Shown in pieces: positions 39,389 to 49,067 of a DNA stretch of 64,000 nt. Positions within the stretch are counted from its first letter, which is position 1. Every line of letters begins with the position of its first letter. The notes under the pieces were generated by a model that was not told the DNA's origin, did no database searches, and worked only from the letters and a program-made list of their open reading frames with translations. The position numbers and the translations under genes are program-made. Location: IMG/VR virus record IMGVR_UViG_2706795545_000001; one strand, 5' to 3'. Source of the DNA: a virus.

Positions 39389-40981
39389 ATGCAAACCCGC
39401 ATTTTCTTCGTTGCGATTTCTTACTCTATGTTAGTATACGTCATAATGTTTTTCGAATATTATTCACTCAATATACCAGTCTGGGACATGGGTCACGCAT
39501 TACAGACACTATATAATATCCATAACTGCCATGGCAGTCTTACGTTCTTCATATCTACTATTCTTTACCAGGGTGATAGGTTCCTCTTGTTCTTCGTACC
39601 GACTAACGTTAACAGTTTGATACTATTACAAGCGTTATCAGTAGGTCTTGCAATAATTCCATTATATTATATAACAAAAATTAAGTTGAAGGACGAAAAA
39701 CTAAGGATACTTACTGTCATACTCTTTATGCTATACGCACCGCTGTGGGGCAATTATTTCTTCCCTTACCACTTTCAATCTCTGTTTACGTTATTTTTCT
39801 TCTCTATGTATTACTTCACACTTAAGGATAACAAGATACTAAGCATAATCTTCTCAATTCTTGCGTCCCTGGTTAGGTTTCCTTTCGTTATACTGATAGT
39901 CTTCTACTCTGCAGTAGAGTTAGCATTCAGAAAGAATGTGAAAATCAACAAATACGTGCTTGCAGTATCTGCAATAATCCTGATAGCAAGTTATGTCATG
40001 TCAAACGTCTGTCCTACAATAATCCCTGGAATAGAGAAAGAAGCCAAATTGGACGCAACGCCTAGTTACAAAATACCTCTCATAGATAAAATCCTAACAA
40101 TACCAGCATTATTACTCCCGTTCAGCATGGTTCCGTTATTAAGTTATTTTATAATAAACTTGGTTCCATATACTGTGCTTATTTTCATAACATGCTCCGC
40201 TGGGTTCGTTTTTCCTAAGCTTTTCATATTCCAATATTCTTCATTGTATACTTATGCTGTATTTATAGCGTTCATAGACGCTATATCTAAATTCAGAATA
40301 AAGGAAATAATTAGTATCGCAATAATATTATTAACATTCTTCTCATTCTTCATGTTCTCATACGTTTCGCCGTTTTACCCATATGCTAATTACCCTGCAG
40401 TGTTCTTCACGCCTAATAACGCTAGAGAATTATGCTACGTCGTGAACATCATCCCAAGAAACGCAACAATACTAGTGCAAGATAATATGCCAGAATTCTA
40501 TCCGAGGACTTACCTACCTGACAATTATCCTCTAGTTATAGGGGATACAGAACTTGTGTATAGTAACTATTCATTTGAGCATAATAATTACCTGGTAGTG
40601 TTCTGCTTAGGAAAGTTCAATACTAGCATATGCTATGTAGCAGTTGATACTGTTAACGATTTCTTTTGGCAATCACTTAACATGACAAATTTATTCTATT
40701 CTCACGGGTACGGAATATACATTATTTATGATTACATAATAATTCTGAAGTACAATTACTCGTCTCCACCAATAATAAACACTGGATATTCTTTTGTTAT
40801 ACCAGGGCATGTAAGTGTGGATTTACCGCTTATTCCTGGAATTTACGAACTTAATGCTACTGCATGTGTATGTGGTAGGTACACAAATTTCGTAATAATG
40901 AAAGACTTCGGGTTTGTCCATATTTCTACAAACAGCAGAACAGAGCTGACCTTGATAGATGTGTTTGACATAAAAGCATGA
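39389..40981 (+). CDS. polytopic membrane protein, DUF2079/GT-C-like putative glycosyltransferase
   Basis: About 10 TM helices. Luminal WDMG..Q..YN loop after TM1. Soluble C-terminal domain. Confidence 0.55.
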   Translation: MQTRIFFVAISYSMLVYVIMFFEYYSLNIPVWDMGHALQTLYNIHNCHGSLTFFISTILYQGDRFLLFFVPTNVNSLILLQALSVGLAIIPLYYITKIKLKDEKLRILTVILFMLYAPLWGNYFFPYHFQSLFTLFFFSMYYFTLKDNKILSIIFSILASLVRFPFVILIVFYSAVELAFRKNVKINKYVLAVSAIILIASYVMSNVCPTIIPGIEKEAKLDATPSYKIPLIDKILTIPALLLPFSMVPLLSYFIINLVPYTVLIFITCSAGFVFPKLFIFQYSSLYTYAVFIAFIDAISKFRIKEIISIAIILLTFFSFFMFSYVSPFYPYANYPAVFFTPNNARELCYVVNIIPRNATILVQDNMPEFYPRTYLPDNYPLVIGDTELVYSNYSFEHNNYLVVFCLGKFNTSICYVAVDTVNDFFWQSLNMTNLFYSHGYGIYIIYDYIIILKYNYSSPPIINTGYSFVIPGHVSVDLPLIPGIYELNATACVCGRYTNFVIMKDFGFVHISTNSRTELTLIDVFDIKA

Positions 40982-41048
40982 CAGCGAGGGAAGTCAGCTA
41001 AAAGCACTATCTTTTTAAACTCTTAACGGGAGAGAAAGGAGAGAAAAT

Positions 41049-41471
41049 ATGGCTACTCTCAAAGCTTCAGAAAAGGTTAAAGCGTGGAATAAAAGAATAG
41101 TATCGTTATTAAGGGACGTGTTAAAGCAGGCTGACCAAAACGGCTTGTTAATAGACTTAACACAACTCACCAGAGCGTTAGCAGGACTAAAGGCTTACTT
41201 CTCCTTCCAAGCTAAAAATGCTAAAGACGAGAAGGTTAAGGAAGCTTACAAGAAACTAATAGAAGAAGTTACAGAAATACAAAAACAACTAGAGCCACTC
41301 AAGAAGTCACACAAGTGGGTTAAAATCTCACCAGAACTCTACAATAAGTTGAAGAGCTATAAGGAAAAATTAGAGAACGAACAAATAGAGTTACCATACG
41401 TTTATTTCGCATTCGAACAACCACAACCAACAACTACGAGAAAGAAGAAACAGACTATGCTTCAAGCTTAG
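41049..41471 (+). CDS. basic helical hypothetical protein
   Basis: 140 aa. TTTTTAAA promoter and GGAG RBS. Confidence 0.7.
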   Translation: MATLKASEKVKAWNKRIVSLLRDVLKQADQNGLLIDLTQLTRALAGLKAYFSFQAKNAKDEKVKEAYKKLIEEVTEIQKQLEPLKKSHKWVKISPELYNKLKSYKEKLENEQIELPYVYFAFEQPQPTTTRKKKQTMLQA

Positions 41472-42474
41472 AATATATTTTTTTGTATTCTTCTCTTTCT
41501 CTATCTTCTAAAAAGTACTCATTAAGTTTAGCCTTCATATAACTTGCTTTTATTATAGCTGGGACGAAGTCTTCCTCTCTTACTAATAAAATTCCACCAT
41601 TATTGAATGAATATATCTCCCTATGTGCGGATATATCTCTTGCAACAACTGGTAACGAATTTGCTAATGCTTCAATAATAGGTATGTTGAACCCTTCATC
41701 GATAGAAGGAGCAAAATATACATCACTAGCAATATATAATTTAATGAGGAGTTCATCATCTATGCCTAGGAAGTACTTATCACCGCGTTTGTTATTAACT
41801 GTTATAATCATAAAGCCGAGCTTATGTAATTCTTCACGTATCTTATCTATTACACTCAGTCCCTTTCTTGGTTCATCATGTGCAACGTTAATTACAATCT
41901 TCTTATCTTTAGGCAAACCTAGTTCTTCACGGATCCTCATAACGTTTCCGTCTCTTTCGTTTACAAAACCCCTCGGAACGCTATGGTGGATTACTATAAC
42001 CTTAGGTAATTCAATACCGTTCTCGTCTGCATACCTCTTCAGCTGTCTTGCTGTATAGAAGCTAGGGACGACAACGAGTTCCAGGTTTTTGATTTGTGTT
42101 ATTTCATGCCTGAAATAAAGCCTGTAATAGAACGGGTAATATGAACTCACAGCTGTGTTTTCAGATAGTGGGAACAGATCGTGAACTGTTCCTATACCAC
42201 CGTTTGCTACATGGAAGAAATCTGGCGAAACTAAGTGAAGCAGTTTTTTAGACGCAAATTTACTGAACTTACCCCTCTTTGTAATTAGATCGTAAATTAT
42301 TCCTAGTTTGTTAAAATATTTATATTGTACAACTTCATCAAAACCGTCAGGCTCCTCCCACGGTTTCATTCTAAAAAGAACCAATTTACTATTTGGGAAG
42401 TAAGAATGCAATCTGCTTGCATAACGCCCGATACCTGACTTTAGTTTTGAATTGCTAACGATATATAGCATCAT
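41455..42474 (-). CDS. glycosyltransferase, GT4 (GT-B fold)
   Basis: SGIGRY N-terminal motif, PSIDEGFNIPIIEALANSLPVVARDI. Confidence 0.9.
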   Translation of the reverse strand: MMLYIVSNSKLKSGIGRYASRLHSYFPNSKLVLFRMKPWEEPDGFDEVVQYKYFNKLGIIYDLITKRGKFSKFASKKLLHLVSPDFFHVANGGIGTVHDLFPLSENTAVSSYYPFYYRLYFRHEITQIKNLELVVVPSFYTARQLKRYADENGIELPKVIVIHHSVPRGFVNERDGNVMRIREELGLPKDKKIVINVAHDEPRKGLSVIDKIREELHKLGFMIITVNNKRGDKYFLGIDDELLIKLYIASDVYFAPSIDEGFNIPIIEALANSLPVVARDISAHREIYSFNNGGILLVREEDFVPAIIKASYMKAKLNEYFLEDREREEYKKIYSKLEA

Positions 42475-42555
42475 TTAATAGGGTAATTATGTGTTTTTAA
42501 GGAGATGACTTCCTACCCGCTCTGAAGAGAGTGGTTATCGTTCGTTTTGTCAGTG

Positions 42556-42813
42556 CTATCGCACGTCAACGACTTCTAACTTTCCACCTACTAGCCTCGC
42601 TTTTATCGTGAACGTTGGCTCGTCCCCACCATAGACCTTGATTAACATCGTATCGCTATCAATGACGAAGTAGCTATACTTGTTCCATGTCCTCATATGA
42701 TCGTTTAGGAACGATTCGATTAGTTCTTCGACGTAATCCCAATCTGCATTTAAGAGATTAGAGGAAATACTTTCTTCTCCTTCTTGATCTTTTGAAACAA
42801 ATTCTTGAGACAT
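42556..42813 (-). CDS. small acidic protein, paralogue of 3345..3551
   Basis: ADWDYVEELIESFLND..KVY..DEPTFTIK..GKLEVV. Confidence 0.7.
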   Translation of the reverse strand: MSQEFVSKDQEGEESISSNLLNADWDYVEELIESFLNDHMRTWNKYSYFVIDSDTMLIKVYGGDEPTFTIKARLVGGKLEVVDVR

Positions 42814-42892
42814 ATGCTCACAGTAGTACTATTCAAAACCTAGTATATAAAAACACAAACAGTTGTTTTAGATTGAGAAAATTAAAAAAATG

Positions 42893-43303
42893 TCAGCCTA
42901 TCTTATTTCTAATGTTCTCTCCTTCTTCTAAACTGTTAAACAATGAGTTTATTTCATCTGTTATGCCTAGCCTTTCAGCCATTATCATTATTATGCTCCT
43001 TATTGTTGTGTAGATGAAGAGAGTTTGATAATTATTATCCATTATCCTTTGGTCTAGCTTCGCAAGGTCGTATGCTCTACTCCTGATAAAGTTAATTATT
43101 GCCGATATAACATGAGAGGGCATTTTTGCGTTTGACAAATCTAAACTTCCAACAATACTCAGAATACTATGTGAGAAATAACTTACTGTAGCCTTCTTCA
43201 ATTCTGTTAGTATAAGATCGTCCGAAAAAAGTTTTGACGAAATTCCGTAATTAATGGAGTCAAGGTAAAAGGAAACCTGCTTTATTATATCCAGCTTATC
43301 CAT
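42893..43303 (-). CDS. hypothetical protein
   Basis: 136-aa ORF in an operon. Confidence 0.65.
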   Translation of the reverse strand: MDKLDIIKQVSFYLDSINYGISSKLFSDDLILTELKKATVSYFSHSILSIVGSLDLSNAKMPSHVISAIINFIRSRAYDLAKLDQRIMDNNYQTLFIYTTIRSIIMIMAERLGITDEINSLFNSLEEGENIRNKIG

Positions 43304-43672
43304 TTAGAAGAACCTCTTTGCAACGTATTGTATTATTTCATAAATTATGAGTAAAGTAGATGCTATAGCTATGCCGAAAGATAGGTAGAATACAGTATAA
43401 TAGAAGTCTAACGGTTGGTCTACAACGGTAGTAGTATTGTACGGGTTCGTTAATGTCACGTTATAATCGGTAGGCGTAGTGAACGCAAACCCGCTTTCGT
43501 ACATAATTATGTATGATGAGAACATAAGTAAAGATAGGATGCCTATTTTTCTGAAGAATCCGTGGAAATACAGCCAAATAATTACGGCAAGAAATGCAAT
43601 AACCAAAAATGAGAAAATATAAAAATAGACTAATTGTGCTTGTGAAGCCACTATGATTATTGTTTGACCCAT
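43304..43672 (-). CDS. three-TM membrane protein
   Basis: Hydrophobic segments. Confidence 0.7.
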   Translation of the reverse strand: MGQTIIIVASQAQLVYFYIFSFLVIAFLAVIIWLYFHGFFRKIGILSLLMFSSYIIMYESGFAFTTPTDYNVTLTNPYNTTTVVDQPLDFYYTVFYLSFGIAIASTLLIIYEIIQYVAKRFF

Positions 43673-44010
43673 TTCAGCTCCTCACATAATTGTAAGGATA
43701 CAACATAATAATCTGTATAGTTTATCGTGACTATCTGGTATAATTTAGTATTTACTGGCTTTTCCAGGTAAAATGCTGGTTTTTTTAATTTATTGAGTGC
43801 GTCACAAAAACTATAAATTAATTGATTAATATTTAGTTCTAACTCTTTCAGTTTTTGCTGTAGTTCATCAATTTGCTTCTTGAGTTTCTCATTCTCGTCT
43901 TCTAGAGACTTAATACGCTTAAGTAACTCATCATTACTTCTGTTCTCCTCACTCTTCTTAAGCTTCTTAACGTCGCTCTCTCTAATTACTTTCTCCAATT
44001 GCCTCCCCAC
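43657..44010 (-). CDS. coiled-coil protein
   Basis: Heptad pattern LLKRIKSLEDENEKLKKQIDELQQKLKEL. Confidence 0.7.
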   Translation of the reverse strand: MGRQLEKVIRESDVKKLKKSEENRSNDELLKRIKSLEDENEKLKKQIDELQQKLKELELNINQLIYSFCDALNKLKKPAFYLEKPVNTKLYQIVTINYTDYYVVSLQLCEELKWVKQ

Positions 44011-44242
44011 ATATCTTCATCATTTTGTTTATCTTACTGACGTGCAGTGAATCCAATTTTTCAGCAATTCTGGAAACTTTGTTTATGAACTCCGCATCGT
44101 CTTTTATTTTATTTCCTTCTTCATCGTAATACCCTAGCTTTACTAATACGTTATATGCTACTGCTTTCCATCTGTCTGGGATATTATACTTCTGCATGTT
44201 TTGCTCATATTCAACCTTGAGTAACTCGCAAATATTACTCAT
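43982..44242 (-). CDS. hypothetical protein
   Basis: 86 aa with GGAGGT RBS. Confidence 0.65.
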   Translation of the reverse strand: MSNICELLKVEYEQNMQKYNIPDRWKAVAYNVLVKLGYYDEEGNKIKDDAEFINKVSRIAEKLDSLHVSKINKMMKICGEAIGESN

Positions 44243-44486
44243 TTGTAATTACCTCCTCGTCATTTGTATCCTCGTCGTCACTAAGCTCAGTTAGCTTCTT
44301 CTTCTTCTTAAGTGCGTTTTGTTTTTCTTTATTTACGAGTGACATAAGTAAAAGGTGGCTAAGGAGTTAAAAAGCAGATAGGGTTGGAGCTAAGCTTTTT
44401 CCCTATTTTCTAATTTTTCTGCCCCCTCACGCCTAACATTTATATATATTTATTTATCTAGCTAATTAATTAGGGTAGTTCTCGTC

Positions 44487-45014
44487 ATGTATATTTACAA
44501 GAAAAAAATATTGAGAAAATTTTTGCGTATGGTAAACGGGAAAATTATTACGGTTAAAAAAGACATAGTTGATCTGATATCACGCCATTCATTTACTATT
44601 CAGAGAATAAATGATGATGAAATTTTTTTGAAGATAGATGATGAGAATGGGATAAAATTTGAAAAAACTTCTAAAGGTGCTATATTGAAATTAAAAGATT
44701 CTAAAGGAATAGAACACTATAGGTATTTAATTTTTCCATGTGGAATTCTCCTATTAAGAGTAAAAACAACAAGAGGAGATATATTCTATTTCACTCACTC
44801 ATTGGTATTTGAAAGAGTTTCTTCAATTGAAATAAAAAGAGATGAAGAAAAAATAGAGGTTACAGGAAAGCCTGGAGATAAAAACGTAAGGATACATTTG
44901 AAAGACGTTGTACTTGTAAGGAAAACTGGAGATAATACGTATTATATATATAGCAAAAACAAGAAACTAGAAAGAGAATTAAGAAGAAAATTAAAGAAAA
45001 AGTTGGGGTTCTAA
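44487..45014 (+). CDS. hypothetical beta-rich basic protein
   Basis: 175-aa ORF. Confidence 0.6.
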   Translation: MYIYKKKILRKFLRMVNGKIITVKKDIVDLISRHSFTIQRINDDEIFLKIDDENGIKFEKTSKGAILKLKDSKGIEHYRYLIFPCGILLLRVKTTRGDIFYFTHSLVFERVSSIEIKRDEEKIEVTGKPGDKNVRIHLKDVVLVRKTGDNTYYIYSKNKKLERELRRKLKKKLGF

Positions 45015-45193
45015 TGATTGAGTTTTTGCAATAATTCTTGTGGGGCTTCTTTAAGGCTTAATGCTCCTCTACCAGTCTTACCGTTGTCGTCGTAGGTGAA
45101 CGATACCATATTCCCTACTTTCCAAACCTTCTTTATCTTTGAAATATCTACTTCCTTCTCCTCTCCCTTATACTTGAACTTTATACTCACCAT
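45011..45193 (-). CDS. Sul7d (Sso7d/Sac7d) family chromatin protein
   Basis: [40 protein letters not shown] is near-identical to the Sac7d/Sso7d pattern. Confidence 0.95.
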   Translation of the reverse strand: MVSIKFKYKGEEKEVDISKIKKVWKVGNMVSFTYDDNGKTGRGALSLKEAPQELLQKLNH

Positions 45194-45371
45194 TTTCTCT
45201 CAAGGATAAATTGAGAGAATGACACTAATAAATCTTGTGTTGTTAAGTTAAGGGAGCGTAAAGTAACGCCCTTTAGGCGAGGTAGCTCATAGATGGAAGT
45301 ATAGGTGATAAAAAGATGACCGAAGATGTATTTTTAAAGACTTAAAAAGATGAAAGTATGGGGAAAAACGA

Positions 45372-47117
45372 GTGACTGAAGTATACCTATTAAATCTATA
45401 CCCAGGAACGATAACGGTAACTGTAACGGACAAAACAAACGGTAACTCAGAAACATACACGCTGTCAGAATACCAAACTATCGATATAACCAACCTTATT
45501 TCATCATGTTATGATTGTCTATGTATCAAGGTGAACGGAAATTCACGTGGTTGGACTTTGCCACTAAGCCTATTTCCTAGCAGGGCTATTACCATTACTC
45601 CTCTAGCTTCACCTGACGGTTCCCCACAGATTAGTATTTGGAGTACTTCACCCGAAGTTGCACTAAGAGACTGGCTTACAGGTGTAATAGCAGGAAATAT
45701 ACCAACATATCTTTCTGACGCATATCAGGAAATCTCGTCCTTGATTTCGTTATACAAATCTGGGTCTAGTATATCAACTGCAAAACTCAAGTCAATACTT
45801 CAAGAAATATATGACTGCTTGCAGAACGCAATAAACTTCCAAAAACAGGCTGGAGTTAATTTCGAAGCCATAAGTGCGTGGAGCCAAATTTATCAAAATC
45901 TTACAACAATATGTGAGGAACTAAATAATGGAAAACTAACTGCAAGTAGCTTACAAAGTCTAAGGTTACCTTCTTACTCTTGTAATTTAGCACAAGCATG
46001 TGCAAAAGAATATTGTAATAATCTGAATAACTTCATTTCCTCTTTAAGTACAACGCAAAGTTCTACGTCGTCAACTAATACGACACCAACTAGCTCTACG
46101 CCTTCACCAACTAGTACGACACAGCCGACATCATCTAGCTCTACACAGAGTTCTACGTCGTCAACTAGTACAACACCGTCTAGTACTACTAGTTCCTCTT
46201 CTAGTTCTACACCATCGTCTAGTACTACAAAGACACAGCCGACATCATCTAGCTCTACACAAAGCAGTACTACACAAAGTACTACGCCATCGTCACCGTC
46301 TAGTACGCCATCGCCTAGTACAACGTCATCATCTAGCACTACACCATCGTCTAGTACTACTACACCAACTAGCTCTACGCCTTCACCAACTAGTACGACA
46401 CAGCCGACATCATCTAGCTCTACACAGAGTTCTACGTCGTCAACTAGTACAACACCGTCTAGTACTACTAGTTCCTCTTCTAGTTCTACACCATCGTCTA
46501 GTACTACGCCGTCGTCACCAACTAGTCCTACAACCACACAACAGACATCATCTAGTACTACTAGTACAACGCCTTTACAACTATTGCAGGAGGCAACGCC
46601 GTCTAGTTCTACACAAAGTTCTACATCATCAACTAGTACAACGCCGTCATCTAGCTCTACACAAAGCAGTACTACACAACAGACACCATCTAGTCCTGCA
46701 ACGCCTTTACAACTACTGCTGGAGAACGATTATATTACATTCGAAAATGAATATCCGCAGTATGCAACGTTAGCAAATGTTCTTCAAAATACTCCTGGTC
46801 TTACGTTGTCTCAAAAAATATCTACACTTAAACAACAGTTTTCTGCATATGCACAGCAAGCTTACCAGGCTTTACTTGGTGGGGATAAGCGTAGTGCTAA
46901 ATATTATGCTAAACAAGCTAACTGTATATTGAATGCGTTACAACAATACTCTCAACTATCTGGACAGGACTGCTTAAGTGAATTACAACAATATATACAA
47001 GAGCTTAGTAACGTAAATAACGTAGTTTACGATACTGCATCACAAGTACAACCTTTAGTGTTAGGCACACAGCCAGCCCCAGTTAGACCTGCACCTAATA
47101 TAGAAATATTACAATAA
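45372..47117 (+). CDS. 581-aa protein with a long Ser/Thr/Pro low-complexity repeat linker
   Basis: About 200 aa of SSSSTQSSTTP-type repeats between globular ends. ~140-nt exact duplication (46084 and 46363 regions). Confidence 0.8.
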   Translation: MTEVYLLNLYPGTITVTVTDKTNGNSETYTLSEYQTIDITNLISSCYDCLCIKVNGNSRGWTLPLSLFPSRAITITPLASPDGSPQISIWSTSPEVALRDWLTGVIAGNIPTYLSDAYQEISSLISLYKSGSSISTAKLKSILQEIYDCLQNAINFQKQAGVNFEAISAWSQIYQNLTTICEELNNGKLTASSLQSLRLPSYSCNLAQACAKEYCNNLNNFISSLSTTQSSTSSTNTTPTSSTPSPTSTTQPTSSSSTQSSTSSTSTTPSSTTSSSSSSTPSSSTTKTQPTSSSSTQSSTTQSTTPSSPSSTPSPSTTSSSSTTPSSSTTTPTSSTPSPTSTTQPTSSSSTQSSTSSTSTTPSSTTSSSSSSTPSSSTTPSSPTSPTTTQQTSSSTTSTTPLQLLQEATPSSSTQSSTSSTSTTPSSSSTQSSTTQQTPSSPATPLQLLLENDYITFENEYPQYATLANVLQNTPGLTLSQKISTLKQQFSAYAQQAYQALLGGDKRSAKYYAKQANCILNALQQYSQLSGQDCLSELQQYIQELSNVNNVVYDTASQVQPLVLGTQPAPVRPAPNIEILQ

Positions 47118-47210
47118 GTGAATGGTTGAGGGATAAGTCCCTACACTAAATGATGGACAAAAGGCTAAGTGGAGCAAAAGGGTTTTATTTTTTCCATGTT
47201 ATGACTGATT

Positions 47211-47561
47211 ATGCCACTTCATCCAGAGAAGTATGCAAGACATGTTTTAAGAGACCTTAGATTATTTCTAGAGGGAAAAATAGATTACCCAGACATAGAC
47301 CTCAGACTGGCTGGAGAAGAAGCGTGGACTGATGCCTTCCCTGAGTTAAGAGACGCTATACACAGAATAATAGAGACGATACATAAATTTGCAAGGGAGT
47401 ACGATTTAGACGCTGGTGGCAGATTGGACTTTGAGGCTGAAATGGAACTGATTAATGAAATAAAGCCAGAACTGGAGATAGTGGAGAAGTTTGCCATGGG
47501 CGATGCGAGGGAAGAGGAAGAATACGAAGAAGAATTAGAAGAAGAACAAGGGTGTTGTTAG
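47211..47561 (+). CDS. acidic paralogue of the major coat protein
   Basis: YPDIDLRLAGEEAW aligns with [17 protein letters not shown]. Own promoter AAAAGGGTTTTAT. Confidence 0.65.
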   Translation: MPLHPEKYARHVLRDLRLFLEGKIDYPDIDLRLAGEEAWTDAFPELRDAIHRIIETIHKFAREYDLDAGGRLDFEAEMELINEIKPELEIVEKFAMGDAREEEEYEEELEEEQGCC

Positions 47562-47983
47562 CCTTTTGATGCAGGTTCATTCTCCTTTTTTCTAACCTTC
47601 TTCTCGCTCTGTGTTTGTTTTATCACAGCTGTGATTGCAGATAACCTTAACAAGTATATTACTAGATCTTGCCTATTACGATTCTCTCTTAATGCGAAAT
47701 TTACCCATTTCTCTACATTGTCAAACCCACTCCACTTAACGATAAACTTAGCGGACTTTATGCTATATTTCCCTATGACTATACCTTTCACCTGCCTTCC
47801 GTTAACCGTTGTATTTATCGGCTCTCCTAATTCGAACGTATTATCTTTCTTTATAACTGCTATTAATGCAAAAGATGAGCGAGAAAGTTGGTTTAAAACG
47901 AATTTTTGTTGTAGCTTTGATTTAAATAAACTAGTTTTTAGCATTAAACAAGATACTTTGTTAGTATTTAAAAAGATTTTCAT
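47558..47983 (-). CDS. hypothetical protein (possibly ASCH/PUA-like)
   Basis: FELGEPI..V.G.V.GK..SGF..VE.W is loosely ASCH-like. Confidence 0.4.
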   Translation of the reverse strand: MKIFLNTNKVSCLMLKTSLFKSKLQQKFVLNQLSRSSFALIAVIKKDNTFELGEPINTTVNGRQVKGIVIGKYSIKSAKFIVKWSGFDNVEKWVNFALRENRNRQDLVIYLLRLSAITAVIKQTQSEKKVRKKENEPASKG

Positions 47984-48056
47984 TTTTTGGAAACAGAGAC
48001 CAGTCCGTGAAGGTGGAGAGGACTGACCTACTCCCCGTCCTAAAGGACGAGGCTTG

Positions 48057-48446
48057 TTAAAGTTCGTTCGTATTTTCCTGTATGTTTAGCTCAACCTCTA
48101 TCTTCTTAATAAAGAACGTAGTTTTGCCTCCTGTACAAACTTTAGTATAATAAACAATAACTTCATCACCGTCATCGTTCTCGAACTCGTCAACACCTAC
48201 CCAACTTTTATAACCGATGTAATTATTTACCTGGTTTTCTGCACCGTTAATAGGGTAAAAACCTAAGTTATCTAGAAAATCATATAAGTCGTCATATTCC
48301 TCTTCTGTTAGCTCTATAGGTTCTTTGAAATCAACTACGATTGAAATCGTATTATTTTCAGTTTTTTGTGGTTGACCTACGTTAAATTCTGCATTCTTTG
48401 AGTTGAAGAATTCTTTAATGGTTTGAATTACTTCTTCGTAATCCAT
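48057..48446 (-). CDS. AcrID1-like small acidic protein (putative anti-CRISPR)
   Basis: MDYEEV...F...IVVDFKEPIELTEEEYDDL resembles the recalled SIRV AcrID1 pattern. Leaderless strong promoter. Confidence 0.45.
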   Translation of the reverse strand: MDYEEVIQTIKEFFNSKNAEFNVGQPQKTENNTISIVVDFKEPIELTEEEYDDLYDFLDNLGFYPINGAENQVNNYIGYKSWVGVDEFENDDGDEVIVYYTKVCTGGKTTFFIKKIEVELNIQENTNEL

Positions 48447-48581
48447 GCGTCTAGTTTATAGTGGGAGTTTAAAAGGATTTTTATCGCTCACGTTATCGCT
48501 CATGAAATCACATCTGTGTTTTCACGCAAAGCAATATCCTTAAAAACTCACATCCCGTCAATTTTGTAAGGTGTAAATAAT

Positions 48582-48914
48582 ATGGCACAAAACAAATTAA
48601 CTGGAACGTATGGGAAAACTCTAGTTCAATTAGCAGTAAACGAAGCAATAAACTGGTGTGAAAAGCACGAACCATACGACGTACCACATTGCTTGAAGAC
48701 GTTCAAAGACATGGGACTACAGTATACGATAGATGTCCTAAGCGAGGAAGGGAAATTACCACCAATAGACTTAGGCACAAGTGTAGGGGCAGAAAGATTG
48801 AAGAAGAGATTCTCAACTTTAATGAAATACTATATAAACTACTATAACGATAACTATGGAGATTACAATGAAAACTGGAATGAAGAAGGAGGTTGTTGCA
48901 ATGAACAATACTAA
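48582..48914 (+). CDS. hypothetical protein
   Basis: 110 aa, divergent from the 48446 gene, AGGTG RBS. Confidence 0.65.
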   Translation: MAQNKLTGTYGKTLVQLAVNEAINWCEKHEPYDVPHCLKTFKDMGLQYTIDVLSEEGKLPPIDLGTSVGAERLKKRFSTLMKYYINYYNDNYGDYNENWNEEGGCCNEQY

Positions 48915-49067
48915 ATTATTTTTTGATCAACAAGGGGGGGAGTGGGGTCAAGATAGTAGAGGTGGTTATGCCGTGGGAGGTGATTCCGCCGTGACACCCA
49001 CAGGCACAGCAGATACAGCAGAGGTGGATACAGAGATGTTTAAGGAGATACAGGAGGTGGTTATGCC

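Noticed and set aside
45974-46537. 187-aa V/L/D-rich ORF
   Set aside because: Antisense shadow of the Ser/Thr repeat region.
48494-48503. 10-nt match to the MITE flank guide (TCATGAGCGA)
   Set aside because: Only 10 nt, with no TTTAA-like TAM next to it, so plausibly chance.
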